A DNA stretch of 62,221 bases from Clostridia bacterium (lineage in GTDB: Bacteria; Bacillota; Clostridia; UMGS1883; UMGS1540). The stretch spans positions 1 to 62,221 of the forward strand of contig JAZNQL010000019.1 in NCBI GenBank assembly GCA_045590155.1, written 5' to 3'. This document shows, piece after piece, positions 1 to 8,247 of this stretch (its first letter is position 1; the number at the start of each line of letters is the position of its first letter). Below the pieces are notes generated by a model, which searched no databases, had not been told where the DNA came from, and saw nothing but the letters and a program-made list of their open reading frames with translations. A program made the translations under genes and the position numbers.

Positions 1-160
1 TCAATAAAAAATATTATTGAGCTTTTGTTGGCTCATAATTTACGTTTTGTACTGGTTTGTACATGTTAAAACTTTTAAAAAGTCTTTGTTTACTCAAGTT
101 TTCTTGAGCCCTTTTACGCTATTTAATTTTCAAGGTCCGATATGCCCCTCTCTTGCGAGG
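1..160 (-). other. Probable 5' leader of an rRNA operon (16S would begin beyond the left edge)
   Basis: Minus strand reads GGACCTTGAAAATTAAATAG (119-138), resembling the boxA/processing-stem motif of Firmicute rrn leaders. It lies downstream of two consensus tandem promoters and has no credible ORF. The mature rRNA is not in the window. Confidence 0.7.
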
Positions 161-167
161 GAACTTC

Positions 168-196
168 ATTATAGCACTTTTAAAAAGACTTGTCAA
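168..196 (-). promoter_or_regulatory. SigA promoter (rrn P2-like)
   Basis: TTGACA-17nt-TATAAT with extended -10 TG. Confidence 0.85.
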
Positions 197-264
197 CAGG
201 TTTTTTAAAATTTTTAAAACTTTTTGTCGAACCAGTTGTTCCTTTTATCGGCGCAACGTGTGTT

Positions 265-293
265 ATTATAGCACCGCAAAAATCAATTGTCAA
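265..293 (-). promoter_or_regulatory. SigA promoter (rrn P1-like)
   Basis: TTGACA-17nt-TATAAT with extended -10 TG, in tandem with 168-196. Confidence 0.85.
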
Positions 294-388
294 GACTTTT
301 TTTGAAAAATTTTTAAAATTATTTTTCCTTCCTTATTATAATGTTTTTTAAAAAAACTTCATTCTTGTAATTTTGTTTGTTTACTTTA

Positions 389-418
389 TTGACAAAATAT
401 TAGTTAATATATTATAAT
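389..418 (+). promoter_or_regulatory. SigA promoter of the aldolase-SDR gene
   Basis: TTGACA-18nt-TATAAT; the spacer contains the palindrome ATATTA-GT-TAATAT. Confidence 0.6.
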
Positions 419-466
419 ATATTTTCTAGAGAAGATAAATTTTACATAAGTGAAGGAGAGATTATT

Positions 467-2251
467 ATGAGTCTTGAAAAGCTTTCTGCAATGTCAAATA
501 AATATGTTTTGGGCAGAGGAAACATATCCTTTAAAGACGATGATCATTTATGGATAAAGGATTTAGGCACAATATCCACCGAAGAAATCGTTAAAATGGA
601 CAGAAAAAGTGTTGAAAATGACTGTCCTGATGCCGTTTTGCACAACATTTTCGCTTTTTCGTATGTATGCCATACACATTGTGCTGTTATAAACGGTCTT
701 ACCTGCTCTAAAGGCGGACGCGATCTTGCCTTTAAACTTTTGGGTGACGAAATAATCTGGATTGATAACGAGGAAACAGGTCGTTCACTTTCAGAAAAAG
801 TTGAAGATGCAATGACCGAATTCAAGGCGAAAAATGGCAAGGATGCTCAGGTTATTCTTTTGCAAAACCATGGTATATTTGTAGCAGGAAATTCAACCGA
901 AGAAATTGACGCTCTTTACGATAAAATAGTTTTGGCATTAAAAAAGGATGCTCCCGATTTTTCGGCAGTTGAATTTGATACAGATAAAGCAGTTATGCTT
1001 GCTCCTGCTATAAGAATGCTTGCTTTACCCGTTGTTACATTTGCGTGCAATAAAACAATAGCTTGCTTTGTTGAAAGTAAAGAAGCTTTTGAGGCGGTAA
1101 GCTCTGCCTTCACTTTTGAACAAATTGTTTACTGCAATGCTGAGCCTTTATTTATTGAAAAGAGTGACGATATTGAAAAGCAGTACGAAATTCTTGTTTC
1201 GGCAATAAATACTTACAAAGATACATACGGCTGTAACCCGAAAATTATAGCTGTTGAAGGTCTTGGTGTGTTTGCGGCAGGTGTTTCCAAAGAAGATGCA
1301 GACACCGCAATGCGCCTGTTTACAGATGCTATGAAAATAGCTTTGTATGCAAAATCTTTTGGCGGTCATTCCTTTATAAAGAGTAATGAATCTTGTATCT
1401 GTCGCGAAAATGCATGTTCTGCAAAAAAACGTGCCCAAGAAAAAATTGTAATTGTTACAGGCAGTGCACAAGGCTTTGGGCAGGGCGTTGCTGAAGAGCT
1501 TTTAAAAGAAGGTGCAAACGTAGTTGTTGCAGATATGAACGGCGAGCTTGCAGCTAAAAACGCAGAAGAATACTGCAAAATTTACGGAGCAGGAAAAGCT
1601 TTTGCTGCAACTGTAAATGTATCTGACGAAGAGTCGGTTAAAGCAATGGTAGATGCAACTGTACTGACCTACGGCGGTATTGACACTCTTGTAAACAATG
1701 CAGGTATTGTACGTGCCGGAAGTCTTGAAGAAATGACACTCCAAAACTTTGACCTTGTAACAAAGGTAAACTACCATGCTTACTTCCTTTGCGTTAAATA
1801 TGTAACAAATATAATGAAAATTCAAAATCGTTTTAATCCCGAATACTTTATGGACGTTATTCAGATTAACTCAAAATCGGGACTTTCGGGCAGTAATAAA
1901 AACTTTGCTTATGCAGGCTCAAAATTCGGCGGAATAGGTCTTACACAGAGCTTTGCTTTAGAGCTTTGCCCATTCAATATAAAAGTAAATTCGGTTTGCC
2001 CTGGCAACTTCCTTGACGGTCCCTTATGGTGCGACCCCGAAAAAGGTCTTTTCCGCCAGTATCTTGAAGCAGGCAAAGTTCCAGGTGCAAAAACCATAGA
2101 AGACGTTAAAAGATTTTACGAATCAAAGGTTCCTATGAACAGAGGATGCCATATAATCGACGTTGCTCGTGCTATCTTCTACTGCATGGAACAAAATTAC
2201 GAAACTGGTCAGGCAATCCCCGTAACAGGCGGACAGGAAATGCTTAAATAA
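467..2251 (+). CDS. Class II aldolase-like / SDR (sorbitol-6-phosphate dehydrogenase-like) fusion
   Basis: N-terminal HTH and LQNHG aldolase-II motifs; C-terminal TGSAQGFG, NNAG, YAGSK and INSKSG as in SrlD-type SDRs; RBS AAGGAG. Confidence 0.8.
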   Translation: MSLEKLSAMSNKYVLGRGNISFKDDDHLWIKDLGTISTEEIVKMDRKSVENDCPDAVLHNIFAFSYVCHTHCAVINGLTCSKGGRDLAFKLLGDEIIWIDNEETGRSLSEKVEDAMTEFKAKNGKDAQVILLQNHGIFVAGNSTEEIDALYDKIVLALKKDAPDFSAVEFDTDKAVMLAPAIRMLALPVVTFACNKTIACFVESKEAFEAVSSAFTFEQIVYCNAEPLFIEKSDDIEKQYEILVSAINTYKDTYGCNPKIIAVEGLGVFAAGVSKEDADTAMRLFTDAMKIALYAKSFGGHSFIKSNESCICRENACSAKKRAQEKIVIVTGSAQGFGQGVAEELLKEGANVVVADMNGELAAKNAEEYCKIYGAGKAFAATVNVSDEESVKAMVDATVLTYGGIDTLVNNAGIVRAGSLEEMTLQNFDLVTKVNYHAYFLCVKYVTNIMKIQNRFNPEYFMDVIQINSKSGLSGSNKNFAYAGSKFGGIGLTQSFALELCPFNIKVNSVCPGNFLDGPLWCDPEKGLFRQYLEAGKVPGAKTIEDVKRFYESKVPMNRGCHIIDVARAIFYCMEQNYETGQAIPVTGGQEMLK

Positions 2252-2269
2252 CGAAAGGATTGTGCTATT

Positions 2270-3394
2270 ATGGATAAGTTGAATCATGAGGACAGAGAGG
2301 TTCGTCTTGCCGAGCTTCAAAGACTTATAAACGAAGAACCCGAAGTGCAAAGCACGGGCAATGTAAATAACCATATACATACATTTTATTCTTTCTCCCC
2401 GTACTCCCCTACAAAGGCAGTTTATATGGCAAGAAAGTACGGGCTTGAAACTGCAGGTATTATGGATCACGATTCGGTTGCGGGCTGTCGTGAATTTATA
2501 AAAGCAGGCGAAATTGCAAATATTGCTACAACAGTAGGTGTTGAATGCAGAGTAAGCTTTGCAGGCACTCCTTTGGAAGGGCGCAGAATAAATAACCCGG
2601 ACCAAAGCACAGTAGCTTATGTTGCAATGCACTCTATTCCTCATAAAAATATTGAAAGAGTTGCTGAATTTTTTGTTCCTTACACAAAAAAACGTAATGA
2701 AAGAAACAAAAAAATGATTGCAAACCTAAATGAAATTACAGGTATTCCGCTTAATTTTGAACATGATGTTGTTCCGCTTTCGAAGTTTAATGAAGGTGGA
2801 AGTATTACAGAACGCCATATTCTTTACGCACTTGCTGGTAAGATTATGGAAAAAACCGATAACCTGCCTGACTTTTTAGAAAAAATGGGTGTTCCCGTTT
2901 CCGAAAAGGTGTGCGGCTATTTAACAGATAAAGATAACCCTCATAAGCGTTATGACCTGCTTGGTGTTTTAAAGGGATATTTTGTTAAGCAGTTTTATGT
3001 AGATGCAACAGACGAATGTCCCCACGTTACAGAATATATAAAGCTTGCCAAAGAAGTAGGCGGTATATCGGCATATGCATATTTAGGAGATGTCGGTGTA
3101 AGCGTTACTGGCGACAAGGCGGCACAGAAATTTGAGGACGATTATTTACCCTTGCTTTTTGAACAGCTTCACACTCTCGGATTTGATGCTGTAACATACA
3201 TGCCTACAAGAAATACTTTAGAGCAGCTTTTAAGAGTAAAAGATTTCTGCAAGCAGTATAATCTTATGGAAATTTCGGGCGAGGACATAAACTCCCCCCG
3301 ACAGACATTTATTTGTGAAGCTCTTAAAAACCCCGTATTTGCTAATTTGATTGACTCTACATGGGAGCTTATACGCCACGAAAGAGAAGAATAA
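2270..3394 (+). CDS. PHP-domain metallohydrolase
   Basis: HIHT, MDHD, GVE and GED PHP-like motifs. Confidence 0.75.
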   Translation: MDKLNHEDREVRLAELQRLINEEPEVQSTGNVNNHIHTFYSFSPYSPTKAVYMARKYGLETAGIMDHDSVAGCREFIKAGEIANIATTVGVECRVSFAGTPLEGRRINNPDQSTVAYVAMHSIPHKNIERVAEFFVPYTKKRNERNKKMIANLNEITGIPLNFEHDVVPLSKFNEGGSITERHILYALAGKIMEKTDNLPDFLEKMGVPVSEKVCGYLTDKDNPHKRYDLLGVLKGYFVKQFYVDATDECPHVTEYIKLAKEVGGISAYAYLGDVGVSVTGDKAAQKFEDDYLPLLFEQLHTLGFDAVTYMPTRNTLEQLLRVKDFCKQYNLMEISGEDINSPRQTFICEALKNPVFANLIDSTWELIRHEREE

Positions 3395-3429
3395 ACTTTT
3401 CTTTGTATATATTAACAGGAGGTATTTTT

Positions 3430-4380
3430 ATGAACGAAACTGTTTTTACCGTACCCCTTTTAGAACTTATAGAAGAATTCAAGCTTGAATCGTTGTTTTC
3501 TCCCGAAGACATAAAAAAGAGGAAAATATCTTCTTCTGACGTTCTTCGTCCGGGATTGCAGCTTGCTGCTGAATTTTATGATTATTTTGACAATGAACGC
3601 ATACTTATTTTTGGGAATATGGAAATGTCATTTTTAGGAATGCAACTTCCAAAAAGAAGAGAAGTAATTATTGATTCTCTTTTCTCCCATAATGTTCCGG
3701 CACTTGTAATTACGCATAATAATGAGCCTTTTCCTGAAATTTTAGCTCTTGCAAAAAAGTATGGTGTTCCCGTTTTAAGAACAGAAAGAAACACTTCTCC
3801 TTTTATGGCTGCTTTAATTGCGTCCTTAAACGTTCATCTTGCACCAAGAATTACCCAGCACGGTGTTCTGGTTGAAGTTTACGGCGAAGGTATTTTAATG
3901 CTTGCCGAAAGCGGTGTTGGTAAAAGCGAAACGGCTATTGAGCTTGTTAAGCGCGGTCACCGTCTTGTAGCCGACGATGCAGTTGAAATAAAGCGTGTTT
4001 CGTCAAAAGCTTTAGTTGGCAGTGCACCTAAAACTATAAAGCATTTTATTGAACTTCGCGGCATAGGTATAGTTGATGTTCAACGTATTTTTGGTATGGG
4101 TGCTATAAAGGAAACCGAAAAAATAGACTTAATTCTTAATCTTGAACTGTGGAGAGAAGGAAAAACCTACGACCGTTTGGGTCTTGATACAGAGTATACA
4201 AATCTTTTGGGAATAGACGTTCCTTCTATAACTTTGCCTGTTCGTCCTGGCAGAAACCTTGCTGTTATTGTAGAGGTTGCCGCAATGAATAACAGACAGA
4301 AAAAACTTGGCTACAACGCAGCTCTTGCTTTGGAGGAACGCCTTCAGGAGCAGTTTAAGCAAATGCAGTTTGAAGATTGA
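3430..4380 (+). CDS. hprK: HPr kinase/phosphorylase
   Basis: ESGVGKSETAIEL, LVADD, ELRGIGI and PGRN motifs; start placed at the ATG after RBS AGGAGG. Confidence 0.95.
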   Translation: MNETVFTVPLLELIEEFKLESLFSPEDIKKRKISSSDVLRPGLQLAAEFYDYFDNERILIFGNMEMSFLGMQLPKRREVIIDSLFSHNVPALVITHNNEPFPEILALAKKYGVPVLRTERNTSPFMAALIASLNVHLAPRITQHGVLVEVYGEGILMLAESGVGKSETAIELVKRGHRLVADDAVEIKRVSSKALVGSAPKTIKHFIELRGIGIVDVQRIFGMGAIKETEKIDLILNLELWREGKTYDRLGLDTEYTNLLGIDVPSITLPVRPGRNLAVIVEVAAMNNRQKKLGYNAALALEERLQEQFKQMQFED

Positions 4381-4401
4381 TTTTTCGAAAGGATAATCTG
4401 T

Positions 4402-5355
4402 ATGAAATATTACGCAGGTATCGATTTAGGCGGTACCAACATAAAAAGCGGAATAGTACGTGAAACAGGCGAAATAATCTCAAAAGCATCTGTTCCGACA
4501 GGGGCAGACAGAGAGCCTTCTTTGATAGTAAAAGATATGGCAAAGTCGCTTGAGATGGCTGCCGAAAAAGCGGGCATATCTTTAGATGATGTTGAAAGCA
4601 TTGGTATAGGCTGCCCCGGAATCTGCGACAACGAAAACGGCATACTGATTTTTACAGAGAATATTCCTTTTTTCAATATTGATTTAAGAACCGATATAAA
4701 TCGTTACCTCAATAAATCAATACCTATTTATCTGGAAAATGACGCAAACTGTGCCGCATGGGGCGAATATATTATGAATCACTCCGACAAAAAAAGTCTT
4801 GTTCTTGTAACTTTAGGCACAGGCGTTGGCGGTGGACTTGTTTTAAACGGCAAGCTTTATTCTGGCTTTAACGGCTCGGCATTTGAGGTAGGTCACACCC
4901 GCATTGTTGATAACGGATTAAAATGTGCATGCGGACGCACAGGTTGTCTGGAGCAGTATGCATCGGTTACAGCTTTAATCCGCCAGACAGCCGAAATGGC
5001 AAAATCACGTCCCGATACAGTTTTGGCAAAGAAAATCAAAGAAGAAGGAACTGTTACAGGCAAAACGGCCTTTGAACTTGCAAGAGAAAGCAATCCCGAA
5101 GGTATTGAAATTGTAACGAAATGGATAAACTATGTTGCGGAAGGGATTATAAATGTTATTAACATTATTCAACCCGAAGTAATTTTAATAGGCGGTGCCA
5201 TAAGCCGCGAAGGCGATTTTCTTTTAGACCCCATCAGAAAGAAAATGAAAAACGAAGTATATACTGCTAAAGGCGTTGAAAAAACTGTGCTTTATACGGC
5301 AGCTTTGGGCAATGATGCAGGTCTTATAGGTGCAGCGTTTCTTGGAAGAAAGTAG
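4402..5355 (+). CDS. ROK family sugar kinase (glucokinase-like)
   Basis: GIDLGGT, ENDAN, GTGVGGG, EVGH and CACGRTGCLE motifs. Confidence 0.9.
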   Translation: MKYYAGIDLGGTNIKSGIVRETGEIISKASVPTGADREPSLIVKDMAKSLEMAAEKAGISLDDVESIGIGCPGICDNENGILIFTENIPFFNIDLRTDINRYLNKSIPIYLENDANCAAWGEYIMNHSDKKSLVLVTLGTGVGGGLVLNGKLYSGFNGSAFEVGHTRIVDNGLKCACGRTGCLEQYASVTALIRQTAEMAKSRPDTVLAKKIKEEGTVTGKTAFELARESNPEGIEIVTKWINYVAEGIINVINIIQPEVILIGGAISREGDFLLDPIRKKMKNEVYTAKGVEKTVLYTAALGNDAGLIGAAFLGRK

Positions 5356-5389
5356 TCTTTAAACAATAAAAAATCTGAAAGGAAATAAT

Positions 5390-6277
5390 ATGGATTATTT
5401 AAAGCTTTTCTCTGCTTTATCGAAAAATGTTTTTATTGATGAACCAATGAAAAACCATACAAGCTTTAAAATAGGCGGCAATGCCGACTGTCTTATTGCC
5501 CCTGCTTCACAGGAGGAACTTGTGGCTGTTATTTCTTTATGCAAAAAAAATGATTTACCATTATTCATTATGGGTAACGGGTCTAATCTTCTGGTAAGCG
5601 ATAAAGGTATAAGAGGGGTTACGGTAAAGCTATCTAAAGCTTTTTCAGATTATTCTTTGGAAGATAATACTATTTGTGCAAGCTCTGGCGCACTTTTGTC
5701 TACTCTTGCAAGTGCTGCAGCAAAAAACTCTCTTTCGGGTATGGAATTTGCCTCGGGCATTCCAGGCAGTGTAGGCGGCGCAGTTTATATGAACGCCGGT
5801 GCTTACGGCGGAGAAATGGCACAGATAGTAACAAAAGTTCAGTACCTTGACGGCACCGAACTTAAAGAAACTACTGATTTTGATTTTTCATACCGTCATT
5901 CAGTATTTTCTCAAAATAGCGGTATAATAACAAAGGTATTTATCACTCTTCAAAAAGCTGATAAAGAAGGTATTTTAAAACGTATGGAAGAGCTTAATGC
6001 AAAAAGGCGGGATAAGCAACCTTTAACCCTTCCAAGTGCCGGCAGTGCTTTCAAGCGCCCCGAAGGCGATTATGCTGCACGCCTTATTGAATGTGCAGGC
6101 TTAAAGGGAAAAGCAATAGGAGGTGCCTGCGTTTCAGAAAAGCATGCAGGTTTTATTGTAAATACAGGTTCTGCAACTGCAAGCGATGTTCTTTCTCTTA
6201 TTGAATTTATACAAAAAACCGTATTGCAGAAGTTTGGAACAGAGCTTTCTCCCGAAATAAAATATGTAGGTGAATAA
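5390..6277 (+). CDS. murB: UDP-N-acetylenolpyruvoylglucosamine reductase
   Basis: GNGSNLL, IPGSVGGAVYMNAGAYG, SAGSAFKRP and KHAGFIVN motifs. Confidence 0.95.
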   Translation: MDYLKLFSALSKNVFIDEPMKNHTSFKIGGNADCLIAPASQEELVAVISLCKKNDLPLFIMGNGSNLLVSDKGIRGVTVKLSKAFSDYSLEDNTICASSGALLSTLASAAAKNSLSGMEFASGIPGSVGGAVYMNAGAYGGEMAQIVTKVQYLDGTELKETTDFDFSYRHSVFSQNSGIITKVFITLQKADKEGILKRMEELNAKRRDKQPLTLPSAGSAFKRPEGDYAARLIECAGLKGKAIGGACVSEKHAGFIVNTGSATASDVLSLIEFIQKTVLQKFGTELSPEIKYVGE

Positions 6278-6280
6278 TTT

Positions 6281-7138
6281 ATGCAAATTGTAATTATAAC
6301 AGGTATGTCAGGGGCAGGACGTACAAAAGCTATCCGCAGTCTTGAAGACATTGGCTTTTATTGCGTTGACAATTTGCCTCCCGTACTATTGGGAAAATTT
6401 ATAGAAATGTGTTCACAATCGCAGGGCAAGCTTTCAAAGCTTGCAATGGTAGTTGACGTGCGTAGCGGTTATATGTTCGCAGAGCTTGACAGTCAGCTTG
6501 TTTCGTTAAGCAAGCAGGGCTATAAATACGAAATAGCCTTTTTGGATTGCGATGATGCCGTTCTTATAAAAAGATACAAAGAAAGCCGCCGCAATCATCC
6601 TCTTTCGGAAGGCGGAAAAATTACTCACGGGATTGAAGAAGAACGTAAGATGCTTCAAAAAATAAAACAGGCGGCAAATTACGTTATTGATACATCAAAT
6701 ATGACCACAGCACAGCTGAACAAACGTATCGGAGATATTTTCCGTGATAAAAATGCTCCTTCTGTTATGAACATAAACGTTGTATCCTTTGGATTTAAAC
6801 ACGGAATTCCCGTTGACAGCGACCTTATGTTTGATGTTCGTTTTATGCCTAATCCTTTCTATGTTGACTCTTTAAAAAGCAAAACAGGAATGGACAAAGA
6901 AGTAAGAGATTATGTTATGGACTCGCCCATTAGCCACGAGTTTTATAAAAAGCTTTCGGATATGTTAAATTTTCTTATCCCAAATTATATCGAAGAAGGC
7001 AAAAGCTCTCTGGTTATCGCAATCGGGTGCACAGGCGGGCATCACAGAAGTGTTACAATCGCAAATATGCTATATGAAGAATTAAGCAAGAAAGCACAAA
7101 ATTGCACACTTTTGCATCGTGATATAGATAAAAAATAA
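6281..7138 (+). CDS. rapZ: RNase adapter RapZ/YvcJ P-loop protein
   Basis: TGMSGAG, VDNLP, SFGFKHG, DVRF and GCTGGHHRSV motifs. Confidence 0.93.
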   Translation: MQIVIITGMSGAGRTKAIRSLEDIGFYCVDNLPPVLLGKFIEMCSQSQGKLSKLAMVVDVRSGYMFAELDSQLVSLSKQGYKYEIAFLDCDDAVLIKRYKESRRNHPLSEGGKITHGIEEERKMLQKIKQAANYVIDTSNMTTAQLNKRIGDIFRDKNAPSVMNINVVSFGFKHGIPVDSDLMFDVRFMPNPFYVDSLKSKTGMDKEVRDYVMDSPISHEFYKKLSDMLNFLIPNYIEEGKSSLVIAIGCTGGHHRSVTIANMLYEELSKKAQNCTLLHRDIDKK

Positions 7139-7163
7139 AACGTCACTTTGTGACGTTTTTTAT
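7137..7163. terminator. Bidirectional intrinsic terminator
   Basis: AAAACGTCAC-TTT-GTGACGTTTT between convergent genes. Confidence 0.85.
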
Positions 7164-7165
7164 TT

Positions 7166-7423
7166 TTATAAATTCTTTGATTCTTCTACTATTTTATACA
7201 TTTCGCTTGCAGTGTCTTTGGTTGCATGTTCTGCTACCGACAAAACCTCTACCTTAATTTTCTTTTCGCCAAAGCCTATTTCTATTTTATCGCCGACCTT
7301 AACATCTGCTCCGGCTTTTACAGGCTTGCCGTTTATGCTTACTCTGCCTGCTGTGCACGCATCATTAGCAACTGTTCTTCTTTTTATTAAACGTGAAACT
7401 TTTAAATATTTATCTATTCTCAT
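7166..7423 (-). CDS. S4-domain RNA-binding protein (YabO/RqcP, Hsp15-like)
   Basis: MRIDKYLKVSRLIKRRTVA; start at 7423 with RBS AGGAG; the ORF-track extension is not credible. Confidence 0.9.
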   Translation of the reverse strand: MRIDKYLKVSRLIKRRTVANDACTAGRVSINGKPVKAGADVKVGDKIEIGFGEKKIKVEVLSVAEHATKDTASEMYKIVEESKNL

Positions 7424-7484
7424 AGCACATCTCCTTATTATAATTTTATCATTCAAAAAATCATATGTCAATACAATAAAGTTT

Positions 7485-7513
7485 GTATTCATATATTTTT
7501 TTTGTGCATAATA
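7485..7513 (+). promoter_or_regulatory. Possible SigG-type promoter of the VanW-domain gene
   Basis: GTATT-17nt-CATAATA; weak evidence in an AT-rich context. Confidence 0.3.
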
Positions 7514-7529
7514 ACTGCGAGGTGATTTT

Positions 7530-8090
7530 TTGAAATTTTTTATTTTCCTTATTATTATAGGCTTGTTTTCGGGATGCTCTTTAAAGGATACCTCAACAAA
7601 AGAAAAAATATCCCAAAAAGCAGAAGAAAAAAAAGAACCCGAACAAATATCAAGCTTTATTACCGAAATTTTAGATACAACTCCTGAAAGAGTAAACAAT
7701 TTAATTATTTGTGCAAAAACTGTTGACGGTACAGTCATTTTGCCCGATGAGGAATTTTCTTTTAACACAGTTGTCGGCGAAAGAACCTATGAAAAGGGAT
7801 ACAGAGAAGCAAAAATTCTTATTGACGGTATGCCTGAATATGGAATTGGTGGCGGGATATGCCAAATAAGTTCTACCATATACAATTCTGCCCTTTTTGC
7901 AGGAATGGAAATTACAGAGCGTCACGACCACGAGGGCGATGTTTTATATATCGAAAAAGGTCACGATGCTGCGGTATGCTATCAAACTCAGGATTTAAAA
8001 TTTATAAATTCTTTATCTTTCCCTGTAAAGCTGTCGGTAAAGGTATCTGATGGTCAGGTGTATGCCGTTTTTTATAAGTGGGATGTTTAG
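7530..8090 (+). CDS. VanW-domain lipoprotein
   Basis: Lipobox LFSGC; FSFNTVVG, GGGICQISSTIYN, ERHDH and DLKF motifs; TTG start with RBS GAGGTG. Confidence 0.85.
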   Translation: MKFFIFLIIIGLFSGCSLKDTSTKEKISQKAEEKKEPEQISSFITEILDTTPERVNNLIICAKTVDGTVILPDEEFSFNTVVGERTYEKGYREAKILIDGMPEYGIGGGICQISSTIYNSALFAGMEITERHDHEGDVLYIEKGHDAAVCYQTQDLKFINSLSFPVKLSVKVSDGQVYAVFYKWDV

Positions 8091-8188
8091 TTTTCAAATA
8101 ATTCCGAATCTACTTTTAAAAGCTAGTGCAACGCTCTCTTAAAGAGTTTCATTTTTTTATTTTTCTTGTTATTTATATACAAAAAGTA

Positions 8189-8218
8189 TTGACAAACGCT
8201 AAAGCGTTTTAGTATAAT
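8189..8218 (+). promoter_or_regulatory. SigA promoter with a LacI-family-like operator in the spacer
   Basis: TTGACA-18nt-TATAAT; CTAAAGCGTTTTAG (8199-8212) is a CG-centred near-palindrome. Confidence 0.6.
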
Positions 8219-8247
8219 ATTTATATACTAGCAAAGGAGCGATGAAA

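Noticed and set aside
17-208. 63-aa plus-strand ORF
   Set aside because: No RBS, and it lies antisense to the rrn-type leader and promoter; a shadow ORF.
3898-3930. HprK Walker A starts with Ala (AESGVGKS) instead of Gly
   Set aside because: A single conservative change with all other motifs intact; no evidence of altered function.
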